Assembly: GCF_009914755.1 (NCBI RefSeq)
Contig: NC_060928.1
Strand: one strand, 5' to 3'
Length of the DNA stretch: 64,000 nt
DNA from: the human T2T-CHM13v2.0 reference genome, Homo sapiens
A program made the translations under genes and the position numbers. Every line of letters starts with the position of its first letter. The first letter of the stretch is position 1. Shown here piece after piece: positions 45,408 through 57,206 of the stretch. The notes beneath the pieces were generated by a model. The model did not search any database, was not told where the DNA came from, and worked only from the letters and a program-made list of their open reading frames with translations.

Positions 45408-46990
45408 GCAGTACATTTTATTTCAATTTTAACTTGTTTGAACGTATGTGATCATCATTTACTACATGTTCCTATTTTGTAACTAATATTTTAATTGGGA
45501 ACAAGGTATATTTACATAGCATTATAACAGCCAGATAAAAAACATTAAAAAAACCTTTTAGAAAAAAAAGTGTCTACTTTTGTGTATTCAGATGTTTTTG
45601 TTATATAAATGAAGTAACTCACTGTTGATGTTTTTAATCCAACTATTTGTAACACATAAAAACAAATACCTTACCTTGCTTTATACTTCAGTGTTCTTAT
45701 CTATATATTAGAGTTTGCTTGGTGTTTTATCAGTAAGATAACACCAAAATACATAAATTATTTTGAAATTTAGAAAGGAAAGCTCAAATAATTTTTAAAA
45801 ACACAATCACACCTCTAAAAAAAGCTTGAATAGGTAACTATAGGTAACTACAACCATAAATATAGTCATATTTTTGACCTAGTAACCCTACTTCTAGTTA
45901 TTCATATGAAGAAAACAGCACTGTAAACAGAAACACATGTGTGTGTATGGATGTGTGTGTATATACATATGTTGATTATCTTCATTAGAATAAAAATTTT
46001 AAAAAATCAAAATGTTTAAATAGGACACGATTTGGTAAGTTATAGCACAATATATAAATACTGTTATGATTATGTAAATATAGAAAAATGTATTTGATAG
46101 AATGTAGAATGAAAAATCAGAATATATTTGCTATGTAACATAGCAACTATGAAACAAACATGCATTTGGTGAGGTCAACATGCAAAATGAAAATAAGATT
46201 TAAAATTATCAAGTTATGTTTTGTTTTTTAAATAATCTGTTTTGTTGATACTTCATTTTAATTTAAAATAAAAGGCTTCCTTTTTGTTAAGTTTATCCAT
46301 TTGTAAAGGAATCAAAATTATGAGTAAAATGTGGGCAGACCAGAGATGACTTTAAGTTTACTATTAGAGTTAAAATGTCTAAAATCAAAAGATCTTTCTG
46401 ATTAGATTTAAAGTCAATAAAGAACAACAGCCCTTTCTTCCCATCTCATGTTTAGAACTAGTTGAGAATAAGGCATAAGAGGTGGATTAATGAAGAAGAT
46501 GTTAGCATTGTTACTAAAAAATGACTAGAGGGCATGGTTTTAGATTTTGGCTGGAAAAACTTGCTTCTTTCTAACACTCTCTGAATTCCTTTCTATAGAG
46601 ACTCTGGGATAGACCATGGGAGTGAAAGTCAGGAGAGATGCACTTACCGGGATTATAGTTTACATCGATTCAAAAATGAAGGAGGAAGTAAAAGACAACC
46701 AATCCCCAGAGTATAAAGCTGTTTCCTAGACAACCTTCACCCTTCACCCACTGTGAAATATCCACCAATGATTATCGTCCACATGCAGATTCCTGTATCC
46801 TCCCTCTGACACCTCAGTTATCAAATATAAGCAGATGAAAAACACATATTTATATGAAATTTTATTCTATTGTAAAACTAAAAACAAGGTCATGAAGGAA
46901 AAGAGTATCAGAATGATTTTTTCTTTGCAACTTTATTTAACATTATTTTCTCAGTGAAAGAAAATTATCTTTAAAATATTTGGCTTTGTG

Positions 46991-47322
46991 CAGGGCTGAG
47001 ACTAGGGTGAGTGAGGCACTGGCTTTTCAAGCAAAATTCAAGGGAGTGCCAAAAAACTCAGTAATAAACGTAAATGACACTTTATGTGACATTTTAATAA
47101 TCGATTGGTGTGAAAAACCTATGATAAACAAAATATCAAAATGTCAAGTATCAGTATTACTACATTGATAGTAATACTATCAGTACTGCTGACAATATTG
47201 CTGTCAGTGTTGTATCAGTTGTATCAGTACCAGTGTTGCTGATAGTATTACTATAAAGACAGGATCGCTATTACTGATTTTTACTTCTGCCTCAAGCTCC
47301 CATATGGCTTGGCATGTCAATG
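46991..47322 (+). mobile_element. hAT-Tip100-type non-autonomous element (ORSL-like) with an internal insertion
   Basis: cagggctgagactagggtgag..gcaaaattcaagggagtgccaaaaaactcagtaat; tgcctcaagctcccatatggcttggc; family name from memory. Confidence 0.65.
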
Positions 47323-48642
47323 GTTTGTTGACTGAAATTTATATATATATAATTTTTTATTTATAAAAATATAAATTTTTTAATATATATTTTAAAAACT
47401 ATTTTTCAAGCCATATTTTTTTATGTGAAGAATCCAAATTCTAGGGTTTAGATCTGAGAAGTAACAAGAAAAGCATTTTAAAAACTTTCAAGGTTCAAGG
47501 TTGTTTATAAAAGTATACCTGGTATGTCATTTTCCATGGCAGCAGTTGAAAGTCAAATGCCAGAAGATTGCGGGTAGGAGGCAGGACTAGCTTACAGCTC
47601 TCACTCAGATGGATGGAGCAGCACGTGGAGACTCATGTTATCAACTTTTGCTCCAAGAACTACTGCAGGAACATATCAGGAAAGCCAAGAGAATCCACAG
47701 ACCCTTTGAAGGAACTGTACCACCCCTGCAGACTCCCTGAGATGCCAAAAACTGTGAATCTGCTTGCTTTCTCAACTGGGAGGCTCATGGTCTGGGGTAA
47801 GTTCTCTTCCCTGGTGACTGGCTGCCTGGAAATAGACTCGGTGCTGTTGGGGGGGCCATGGTGAGAGTGAGATTGGCCTTTAGGACTGTGGGATGAATGG
47901 CAGCAGGGTGAAGCCTGTAACTTCTGGTTTTCCCCCACTTCCCCGGTGACTTGTATGACTCAGTAGAGGCAGCCACAATCTCCCTGGGAATATAACTCCA
48001 TTGGGCTAGGAACCACACCCCCATCCCCAACAGCAGCCTTAGCAAACCTCACTCAAGGAGAGGCTGAGGTCAGACACACCTATCCCTGCCCCTACCTGGT
48101 AGTCTTTCTCTATCCCCTCTGGTAGCTAAAGACAAAAGTTATAATCTCTTGGGGGCTCTGTGGCCCTGCCCACCACCTGAGAAACCTGAACATTTAACCA
48201 GGTGTCCCTAGGGCAAGTTTGCAACCTCCCTATGCAGGACTGTAGCTGATGCACTCTTGAAAACACCACCTCCTGGCTTGAGGCCAACCAACACAAAACC
48301 AGTGCACTGAACAAAAACACAACCGAGGACCCTCAGAGTTCACTTCACTCTCCTGCTACTTCCACCGGAGCAGGTGCTGTGTATCTATGGTTGCAAGGCC
48401 TGAAGATGGATCGTATCACACGACTCTTTGCAGACACTCCCCAGTACCAGCCCAGAGCCTGGTAGCTCTGCTGAGTGGCTAGACCCAGAAGATCAAAAAC
48501 AATCACTACAGTTTGGCTCTCAGGAAGCCCCATTCCTAGGAGAAGTGGGAGAACACCACACCAAGGGAGTACCCCATGGGACAAAAGAAACTGAACAGCA
48601 GCCCTTGAATCCCAGATCTTCCCTCTGACATAGTCTACCCAA

Positions 48643-49640
48643 ATGAGAAGGAACCAGAAAAACATTTCTGGTAATATGACAAAACAAGGCTCTTTAACAC
48701 CCCCAAAAGATCATACCAGCTCATCAGCAATGGATCCAAACCAAGACTAAATCTCTGAATGGCCAGAAAGAAATTCAGAAGGTCAATTGTTAAGGCAATC
48801 AAGGAGGCAGCAGAGACAGACAAAGTCCAACTTAAAGAAATAAAAAATATACAGGATATGAAAGGTAAATTATTCAGTAAAATGGATAGCATAAATAAAA
48901 AACAATCACAACTTCTGGAAATCAAGGACACACTTAGAGAAATGAAAAATACACTGGAAAGTCTCAGCAATAGAATTGAACAAGCAGAAGAAAGAACTTC
49001 AGAGCTCAAAGACAAGGCTTTTGAATTAACCGAATCCATCAAAGACAAAGAGAAAAGATTTTTTAAAAAATAAGCAAAGCCTCCAAGAGGTTTGTGACTA
49101 TGTTAAAAATCCCAACAAAATAATTATTGGTGTTCCCGAGGAAGAAGAGAAATCTAAAAGTTTGGAAAACATCTTTGAGGGAATAATCGAGGAAAACTTC
49201 CCTGGTTTTACTAGAGATCTAGACATGCAAGTACAAGAAGCTCAACTAACACCTGGAAAATTCATCACAAAAAGATCAGTGCCTAAGTACATAGTCATCA
49301 TGTTATCTGAAGTCAAGACAAAGAAAAGAACCTTAAGCGCTGTGAAGAAAAAGCATCAGGTAACCTATAGAGGAAAACTTTTCAGATTAACAGCTGATTT
49401 ACCAGCAGAAACTCTACAAGCCAGAAGAGATTGGGGTCCTATTTTTAGCCTCCTTAAACAAAACATTATCAGCCAAAAATTTTGTATCCAGCAAAACTAA
49501 GCTTCATAAGTGAAGGGAAGATACAGTCTTTTCCAGACAAACAAGTGCTGAGAGAATTCGCTACTACCAACCCAGCACTACAAGAACTGCAAAAAGGAGC
49601 TCTAAATCTTGAAACAAATTCTCAAAGTACACCAAAATAG
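48643..49640 (+). pseudogene. Disabled L1 ORF1p
   Basis: Coiled-coil remnant (LESLSNRIEQAEERTSELKD) and RRM/CTD remnant (ENIFEGIIEENFP..RLTADLPAETLQARRDWGPIF); stops and frameshifts. Confidence 0.9.
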
Positions 49641-49746
49641 AACCTCCTCAAAGCATAAATCTCACAGGACCTATATAGCAACACAATGAAAAAAAAAAGA
49701 AAAACAAAAAAACGAGGTATTCAGGCAACAACTAGTAACTAGTGTG

Positions 49747-52700
49747 ATGAATAGAATAGTACCTTATGTCTCAATACTAACATTGAATGTAAATGTCCTA
49801 ACCCTGACACTGAAAATACACAGAATGGCAGAATAGATAAGAATTCACCAACTAAGTTTCTGCAATCTTCAGAAGACTCACCTAACACATAAGGACTTAA
49901 CATAAACTTAAGGTAAAGGGGTGGAAAAAAGCATTCCATGCAAATGGACACCAAAAGTGAGCAGGAGTAGCTATTCTTACACCAAATGAAACAAACTTTA
50001 AAGCAACAGCAGTTAAAAAAGACAAAGACAGACACTATATGATGATAAAAGGACTAGTTCAACAGGAAAATATCACAATCTTAAATATATATGCACCTAA
50101 CACTGGAAGCCCCAAATTTATAAAACAATTACTACTAGACCTAAGAAATGAGATAGATGACAACACAATAATACTGAGGGACCTCAATACTCCACTGACA
50201 GTACTAGACAGGTCATCAAGACAGAAAGTCAACAAAGAAACAATTGACTTAAACTATACACTGCAACAAATGGACTTAATGGGTATTTACGGAACATTCT
50301 ACCCAACAACTGAAGAAAAAACATTCTATTACTCAGCACGTGGAACGTTCTCCAAGATAGACTATATGATAGGCCACAAAACAAGTCTCAGTAAGTTTAA
50401 GAAAATCAAAATTATATCAAGTACTCTGTCAGACCATAGTGGAATAAAATTGGAAATCAACTCCAAAAGGAACCCTCAAAACCATGCAAATATATAGAAA
50501 TTAAATAACCTGCTCTTGAATGATCATTGAGTCAACAATGAAATCAAGATGAAAATTTAAAAATTCTTTGAACTGAACAATAATAGTGACACAACCTATC
50601 AAAACCTCCAGGATATGGCAAAAGCAGTGTTAAGAGGAATGTTCATAGCATTAAATGCCTACATCAAAATATGAAAGAGCACAAATAGACAATCTAAGGT
50701 TACACCTCATGGGACTGGAGAAGCAAGAATGATCCAAACCCAAACCCAGCAGAAGAAAAGAAATAACAAAGATCAGAGCAGAACTAAATGAAATTGAAAC
50801 AAACAAACAAACAAAAAACAATACAAAAGATAAATGAAACAAAAAGCTGGTTCTTTGAAAAGATAAATAAAATTGATAAGCCATTAGTGAGATAAACCAA
50901 GAAGAGAGAAGATCCAAATAAGCTCAATTAGAAATGGAAGAGAAGATATTACAACTGATATCACAGAAATGCAAAAGTTTATTCAAAGCTACTATGAACA
51001 TCTTTATTTGCATAAACTAGAAAACCTAGAGAAGATGAATGAATTCCTGGAAATATATAACCCTTGAAGGTTAAACCAGGAAGATATAGAATCTCTGAAA
51101 AGGCCAATAACAAGCAGTGAGATTGAAATGATAATTAAGAAGTTACCAACAAAAAAACAAAGTCCAGGACCAGGTGGATTCACAGCTAAATTCTATCAGA
51201 CATTCAAAAAATTAGTACCAATCCTATTGACACTATTCCAATAGACAGAAAAAGAGAAAATGTTCCCTAAAACATTCTATGAAGCCAGTATTACTCCAAT
51301 ACCCCAAACCAGGGAAAGACATAACAAAAAAAGAAAAATACAGACCAATATCCCTGATGAACATAGATGCAAAAATCCTCACCAAAATACCAGCAAATCA
51401 AATCTAACAGCATATCAAAAAGATAATATACCATAATCAAGTGGGTTTCATACTAGGGATACAGGGATGATTTAACATACACAAGTCAAGAAATGTGATA
51501 CACCACATAAACAATTTTTTTAAAATCACATGATCATCTCAATAGATGCAGAAAAAGCATTTGACAAAATCCAGAATCCTTTATGATTAAAATCCTCTGT
51601 AAAATCACCATAGAAGGGACATAACTTTAGGTAATAAGAGCCATCTATGAAAAACCCACAGCCAACATTATACAACATTATACAACAGGGAAAAATTGAA
51701 ATGATTACCTCTGAGTAACCATTAAGTCGATTGTTTCTTTGTTGACTTTCTGTCTTGATGACCTGTCTAGTGCTGTCAGTGGAGTATTGAAGTCCCCCAG
51801 TATTATTATGTTGTCATCTATCTCACTTCTTAGGTCTAGTAGTAATTGTTTTATAAATTTGGGGCTTCCAGTGTTATGTGCATATATATTTAAGATTGTG
51901 ATATTTTCCTGTTTCCTCTGAGAAAGGGAACAAGATAAGGATGTCCATTTTCACTACTTCTATTCAACATAGTACTGGAAGTCCTAGCTAGAGCAATTAC
52001 ACAAGAGAAAGAAAAAGGATCAAAATTGGTAAAGAGGAAGTCAGATGTCACTGTTCGCTGAAGATGTGAATGTATACCTAGAAAACCCTTAAGACTCATC
52101 CAAAAAGCTCCAAAACTGGTAAACGAATTCAGCAAAGTTTCAGGATACAAAATTAATGTACACAAATCAGTAGCTCTGCTATATACCAACAGTGGCCAAA
52201 CTGAGAATCAAATCAAGAACTCAACCTCTTTCACAATAGTTGCCAAAAAAAAGTACTTTTGAATATACCCAATCAAGGATGTGAAAGAACTCTACAAGGA
52301 AACTACAAAAACACTGCTGAAAGAAATCATAAATGACACAAACAAATGGAAACACATCCCATGCTCATCAATATTGTGAAAATGACCATACTGCCAAAGC
52401 AATCTAAAAATTCAATGCAACTTCCATCAAACTACCACCATCATTCTTCACAGAACTCAAAAAAACAATCCTAAAGTTCATTTGGAATCACAAAAGAGCC
52501 TGCATAGCCAAAGCAAGAAGGACAAATCTGGAAGAATCACATTACCCAACTTCAAACTATATTATAAGACTATAGTCACCAAAACAGCATGGTAGTTGTA
52601 TAAAAATAGGCACATAGACCAATGGAACAGAATAGAGAACCCAGAAATAATGCCAAATACTTACTGCCAACTGATCTTCAACAAAGCAATCAAAAAAATA

Positions 52701-53017
52701 AAGTGGGAAAAGGACACCCTATTAAACAAACAGTTCTGGGATAATTGGCAAGCCACATGTAGAAGAAAGAAACTGGATCCTCACCTCTCACCTTATACAA
52801 AAATCAACTCAAGATGGATGAAAGACTTAAATCTAACACCTGAAACCATAAAGATTTGAGAAGATAACATCAGAAAAACCCTTCTAGACTTCTAGACATT
52901 GGTTTACACAAAGACTTCATGACCAAGAGCCCAAAAGCAAATGCAAAGATAAATACATGGGACTTAATTAGCTAAAAATCTCCTGCACAGCAAAAGAAAT
53001 AATCAGCAGAGTAAACA
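49747..53017 (+). pseudogene. Disabled L1 ORF2p (endonuclease/reverse transcriptase)
   Basis: EN motifs ILNIYAPNTG, DLNTPL, FSKIDY, SDHSGI; RT motif decayed to LFAED (~52051); many stops. Confidence 0.92.
51722..51913 (-). repeat. 192-bp inverted duplicate of 50061-50252
   Basis: Manual alignment: 185/192 identical, no indels; flanked by duplicated cctctgag (51708-51715, 51915-51922). Confidence 0.95.
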
Positions 53018-53113
53018 CAGTGGGGTGTTAAAAAGGATTCACTGGGGTGTAGGAAGTAAAACCAGCTTTAAATAGATAACATAGTTGTCTATGGGTTATC
53101 ATTTCACCTAGCA

Positions 53114-53334
53114 CAGGCGTTGGCAATTTTTTTTCTGTAAAGGAACAGACAGTAAATATTTTAGGCTTTGCAACCCATATGGCGTCTATCACAACAACTC
53201 AGTTCTGCTTTTGTAGCACAAAAGCCGCCACAGACAATATGCACATAAATGGGCATGGCTGTGTTCCAGTAAAACTTTACAAAAACAGGTCGTAGGCCAG
53301 ATTTGGCCCTTAGGCCATAGTGTGCCAATTCCTG
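53114..53334 (+). mobile_element. MER58A hAT-Charlie MITE
   Basis: caggcgttggcaa..tgccaattcctg TIRs; 8-bp TSD acctagca/acctagta. Confidence 0.92.
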
Positions 53335-54248
53335 ACCTAGTACAACATAGTATGGATTCAGGAAATTAGAATGTCTTTTCAGGTTAAAGATCATCAGACT
53401 CGAAACTCCATAAGAATAGGAACGATTGATTCGTGGAGTTCCTGGAGTTTGTGTTTATCATTGGGTCTCCAGGGAAGAGCTTCATTGGAGTTCTCCACTT
53501 TTTCAGGAAATGTTAGCTTCTGAACTGAGCAGTGCCTGGAACTTTTAGTAACACTCAGTAACTAAATGGAAAATGAGATATTTAGACATCTTACTTTAAA
53601 ACTGTGTTATAATCATAAGACTGTACCTTATGCCTGCTCTTTCCACATCTGTTTTTACACAATAGATAAAATTTTTGGAGAGTCTCACCTTTTTTCTCTC
53701 AGCATAAGGTTAGTGACAGAGAAAGAGGAAGTGCTACAACTGTTAAAGAAGGAAATATACACAACCTGGATATGGGGTTCTTTACGCCCAAGCCCACAAA
53801 AAAAACCACTGAGGCCTATGGGAGTAAATATCATATATCATTGTAATTTATTAGAAACAAAGGAATGAGGAACCACTTCGGCAGTAGTGTCTTAACACGG
53901 CTGTATTACAGTGGTGATACCACATATGTACCTTCTGAAATTTGTACATAAGCACAGTGCTTAATATGTAACTTTAAGAAAAATGTGACCTAAGACATTA
54001 AACATACCTTCTTTTCCTGAACATCCTCTACCTTTTCATTCCTTGCGTTTTTTTATGAATGGTTTCTTTTCAGGTGTGATTTTTCTGAAGTTATTAAACA
54101 TACTCAGGAGAGATTTTATATAAAAATCCGGACCAAATCCAAAGGCTAGTGTTGTAACTGAATAGAGACAGCATTCATTGACAATTTCACTTTCAGTCAA
54201 TCCATTAATCTGTAAGGGGGCTTTCTAAAACTGTTAGTTATGAAAGGC

Positions 54249-54477
54249 TTTTTTTTTTTTTTTTTTTTTTTTTTAAGACGGAGTCTCGCTTGTTGTCCAG
54301 GCTGGAGTGCAGTGGTAGCGATCTCAGCTCACTGCAAGCTCTGCCTCCGGGATTCACACCATTCTCCTGTCTCAGCCTCCCGAGTACCTGGGACTACAAG
54401 GCACCTGCCACCATGCCCGGCTAATTTTTTTGTATTTTTTTAGTAGAGACGGGGTTTCACTGTGTTAGCCAGGATGG
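54249..54477 (-). mobile_element. 5'-truncated AluY
   Basis: ctgcaagctc, ccattctcc, gggactaca, ttagccaggatgg; TSD gaaa(g/a)gctttt at 54242-54252 and 54477-54487. Confidence 0.93.
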
Positions 54478-54660
54478 AAAAGCTTTTAAAAGAATAAAAA
54501 TATATAGAAAACAGTGGAAAAGTAGAGTTTAATGTAGAGGTTTTTTTGTTTTTTGTTTGTTTTACTTTTCTAAGAATGTTTTTAAATAGCTATATCCCTA
54601 CACAAATATATTTTAATTTCAGAATACAGAAAATACACATTTAAAAGTTTGTGATCTTCT

Positions 54661-55122
54661 TGCACACATATGTTTATTGTGCACTATTCACAATAGCAAA
54701 GACTTGGAACCAACCCAAATGTCCATCAACGATAGACCGGATTAAGAAAATGTGGCACATATATACCATGGAATACTATGCAGCCATAAAAAAGGATGAG
54801 TTCATGTCCTTTGTAGGGACATGGATGAAGTTGGAAACCATCATTCTGAGCAAATTATCGCAAGGACAGAAAACCAAATACCACATGTTCTCACTCATTC
54901 ATAGGTGGGAACTGAACAATGAGAACACTCCCAAACACCATCACACACCAGGGCCTGTCGTGGAGTGGTGGGAGTGGGGAGGGATATCATTAGAAGATAT
55001 ACCTCATGTAAATGATGAGTTAATGAGTGCAGCACACCAACATGGCACATGTATACATACATAACAAACCTGCACATTGTGCACATGTACCCTAGAACTT
55101 AAAGTATAATTAAAAAAAAAAA
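54661..55122 (+). mobile_element. 5'-truncated L1PA4/5-like 3' end
   Basis: End of ORF2 (TIAKTWNQPKCPS..MEYYAAIKKDEFMSFVGTWMKLETIILSK), 3' UTR, polyA at 55112-55122. Confidence 0.95.
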
Positions 55123-55454
55123 GAGGCTTTTGAGGAGCCAGCTTTCAGGGAGCTACTTGGGAGACTAAGGCAGGAGGATCACTTGAGCACAGCAGTTTGA
55201 AGCTGTAGTGTGCCATAACTGTGCCTGTGAATAGACATTGCAGTCCAGCCTGAACAACATAGTGAGACCCCCATCTCTTTAAAAAAATCATTTTTTTAAA
55301 AGACTTTCAGGAATAGAGTCTCTCTCTTGCCTTTCCATTTTCTGCCATGGGATGATGTAGCAAGAAGGCCCTTGCCAGATGCTGTCCCCTTGATCTTGGA
55401 CTTCCCATGCTCCAGAACTGTGAGAAATAAATTTCTGTTCATTATTAATTAAAA
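55123..55454 (+). mobile_element. Transduced segment: MST/MLT1A-type LTR 3' part containing a FAM fossil Alu monomer (~55151-55287)
   Basis: FAM/7SL-diagnostic cctgtgaatagacattgcagtccagcc; LTR ttgatcttggacttccc..tccagaactgtgagaaataaatttctgttc; A9 at 55451; outer TSD aaaa(g/a)tttgtgatctt at 54643-54658 and 55455-55470. Confidence 0.85.
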
Positions 55455-56846
55455 AAAAATTTGTGATCTTAAGAAAATGATAAAATCTTAGTATGAAAAA
55501 TAAGATAAATATTAACTGAGCAAAATTTAGGATAGGTTCTATATTAACCTAGACCAATAACATTATGATATATATATATATATATATAATTTTTCAATTC
55601 TATTGATTTACATATCAAAAATTAATACATGCTTATTATGCCAAAGTCTGTGTTTGAACTTGCAAAAACCACAAGTATGCATTTGAAAGCACCCCAACAC
55701 TGAAAGACCTTGCTACATCGTCCAGGAAATCAATTGCTCACAAATAATATAGGGAAGTAAATAAGCAAAAATGGGTAAGATGAGAAAGAGGCAGATTTGC
55801 TCAAAGCAGAAAATATGGGCTAAGTGTAAAGGGGCCAAGCCTCAAAATTACCAGTTGGAATGTTGCTATCATAGAGAAGAAGATCTCCATTCAAATCCCT
55901 TTCCAATATGGTTAATGGTAAAGAGCCCCACTGGGGCATTAGTCAAAAAAGCAGGGTGATTGGAGACACTACTCATAAGTGTTAATGACGAAGGAGAATA
56001 TATACAAAATTGCTAATAGCCAGATTGGAAACAGAATTCAAATGGGATCACTCATTTTTCCTTTCCCTGCTCTTTTTTTTTTAAATTTGCATTGTCATAA
56101 AATAAAATGCAGTTTGTTATCTATAGGTGGCAACATTTAGACTGTTCATTTTCTGACATTTTCTGAATTACATTTGGAAACAGATCTACCACCATCCTAA
56201 TGGTGACAGCAAAATATAGAAATGAGAGAAAGCGCAGGAACTGGAGTTCTGAATAGAGTTTTCAAACAAAATATGAACACAGTAGCAATCATCTAGAGTT
56301 CACCTCTACCTTAAAATTATTCCTAGCATTTAGTGACCAGAGTTAGACAGTCTTATTTGAATCTGTAAAAGGCTTGGGCATTTCCACAGCTGCTAGGTCA
56401 AGGTTGGGTCATCCATGATCTTAAAGATGCTCCAAGAAACAGTCCATATTCTCTAATGTTTATGTCCTGAAAGAAAGGATCTGGTTTGTCATTTTTGTTC
56501 TGATTCCAAATGTTACATAATTAAGAGAGCCTGGGCTTCTAACACACTCAAAAGCTGCGTGAGTCATAAGGTTCAGTGTCATCCTTTTGATTCAAGCTAA
56601 TTCCAAAACTATATTATGCATGGATCAGTGACCACGTAGGTGCAAAGGAAGGAGGTTGTGACAATTGACTGGAAATGGCTCTGTTCACCTGAGACCAGAA
56701 AGAGGATTTTATTAGTAGAAGAAAAGAAAAGCCAAAGATATATAGGATCTGTACATTAGGAGAACTCAGAACAGGTTGTATTCTAGTTTGTAGTGTTCTG
56801 AATGGTAATTGTGCATTTGTATATGGTTTTTAGTGATAATGTAATA

Positions 56847-57206
56847 CAGTGGCCCCCACTTATCTGTGATTTCACTTCCTGCTAATTTAGTTACCCATGG
56901 TCAACTGCAGTCTGAAAATATTAAGTGGAAAATTCCAGAAATAAACAATTCATAAGTTTCTAAATGTATGTTTTCTGAGGAATGTGATGAAATCTCCAAT
57001 GCCAACCCACTCCATCCTATACAGGATGTGGATCATCCTTTCATCCAGCGTATCCACGCTGTAAATGTACCCACCCATTAGTCACTTATCCTCTGGATTA
57101 TCAGGCTGTGGTGGTATTGCAGTGCTTGGGTTCAGTACTATCGCTGGTTTCAGGCATCCACTGTGGGTCTTGGAGCGTAGGCCCCGTGGATAAGGGAGGA
57201 CTACTG
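56847..57206 (+). mobile_element. MER44A-like Tigger MITE
   Basis: TA|cagtggcccccacttatc..gataagggaggactactg|TA; internal ggaaaattccagaaataaacaattcataag. Confidence 0.9.

Larger units (their letters stand above)
47563..53017 (+). mobile_element. L1PB-type LINE-1 with L1PBa-like 5' UTR, ORF1 and most of ORF2; 3' end missing
   Basis: 5' end gattgcgggtaggaggcaggactagctt..aacttttgctccaagaactac; stops at aatcagcagagtaaaca with no 3' UTR, polyA or right TSD. Confidence 0.93.

Noticed and set aside
50039-50497. 152-aa ORF with endonuclease motifs
   Set aside because: Fragment of disabled L1 ORF2, bounded by stops and frameshifts; not a host gene
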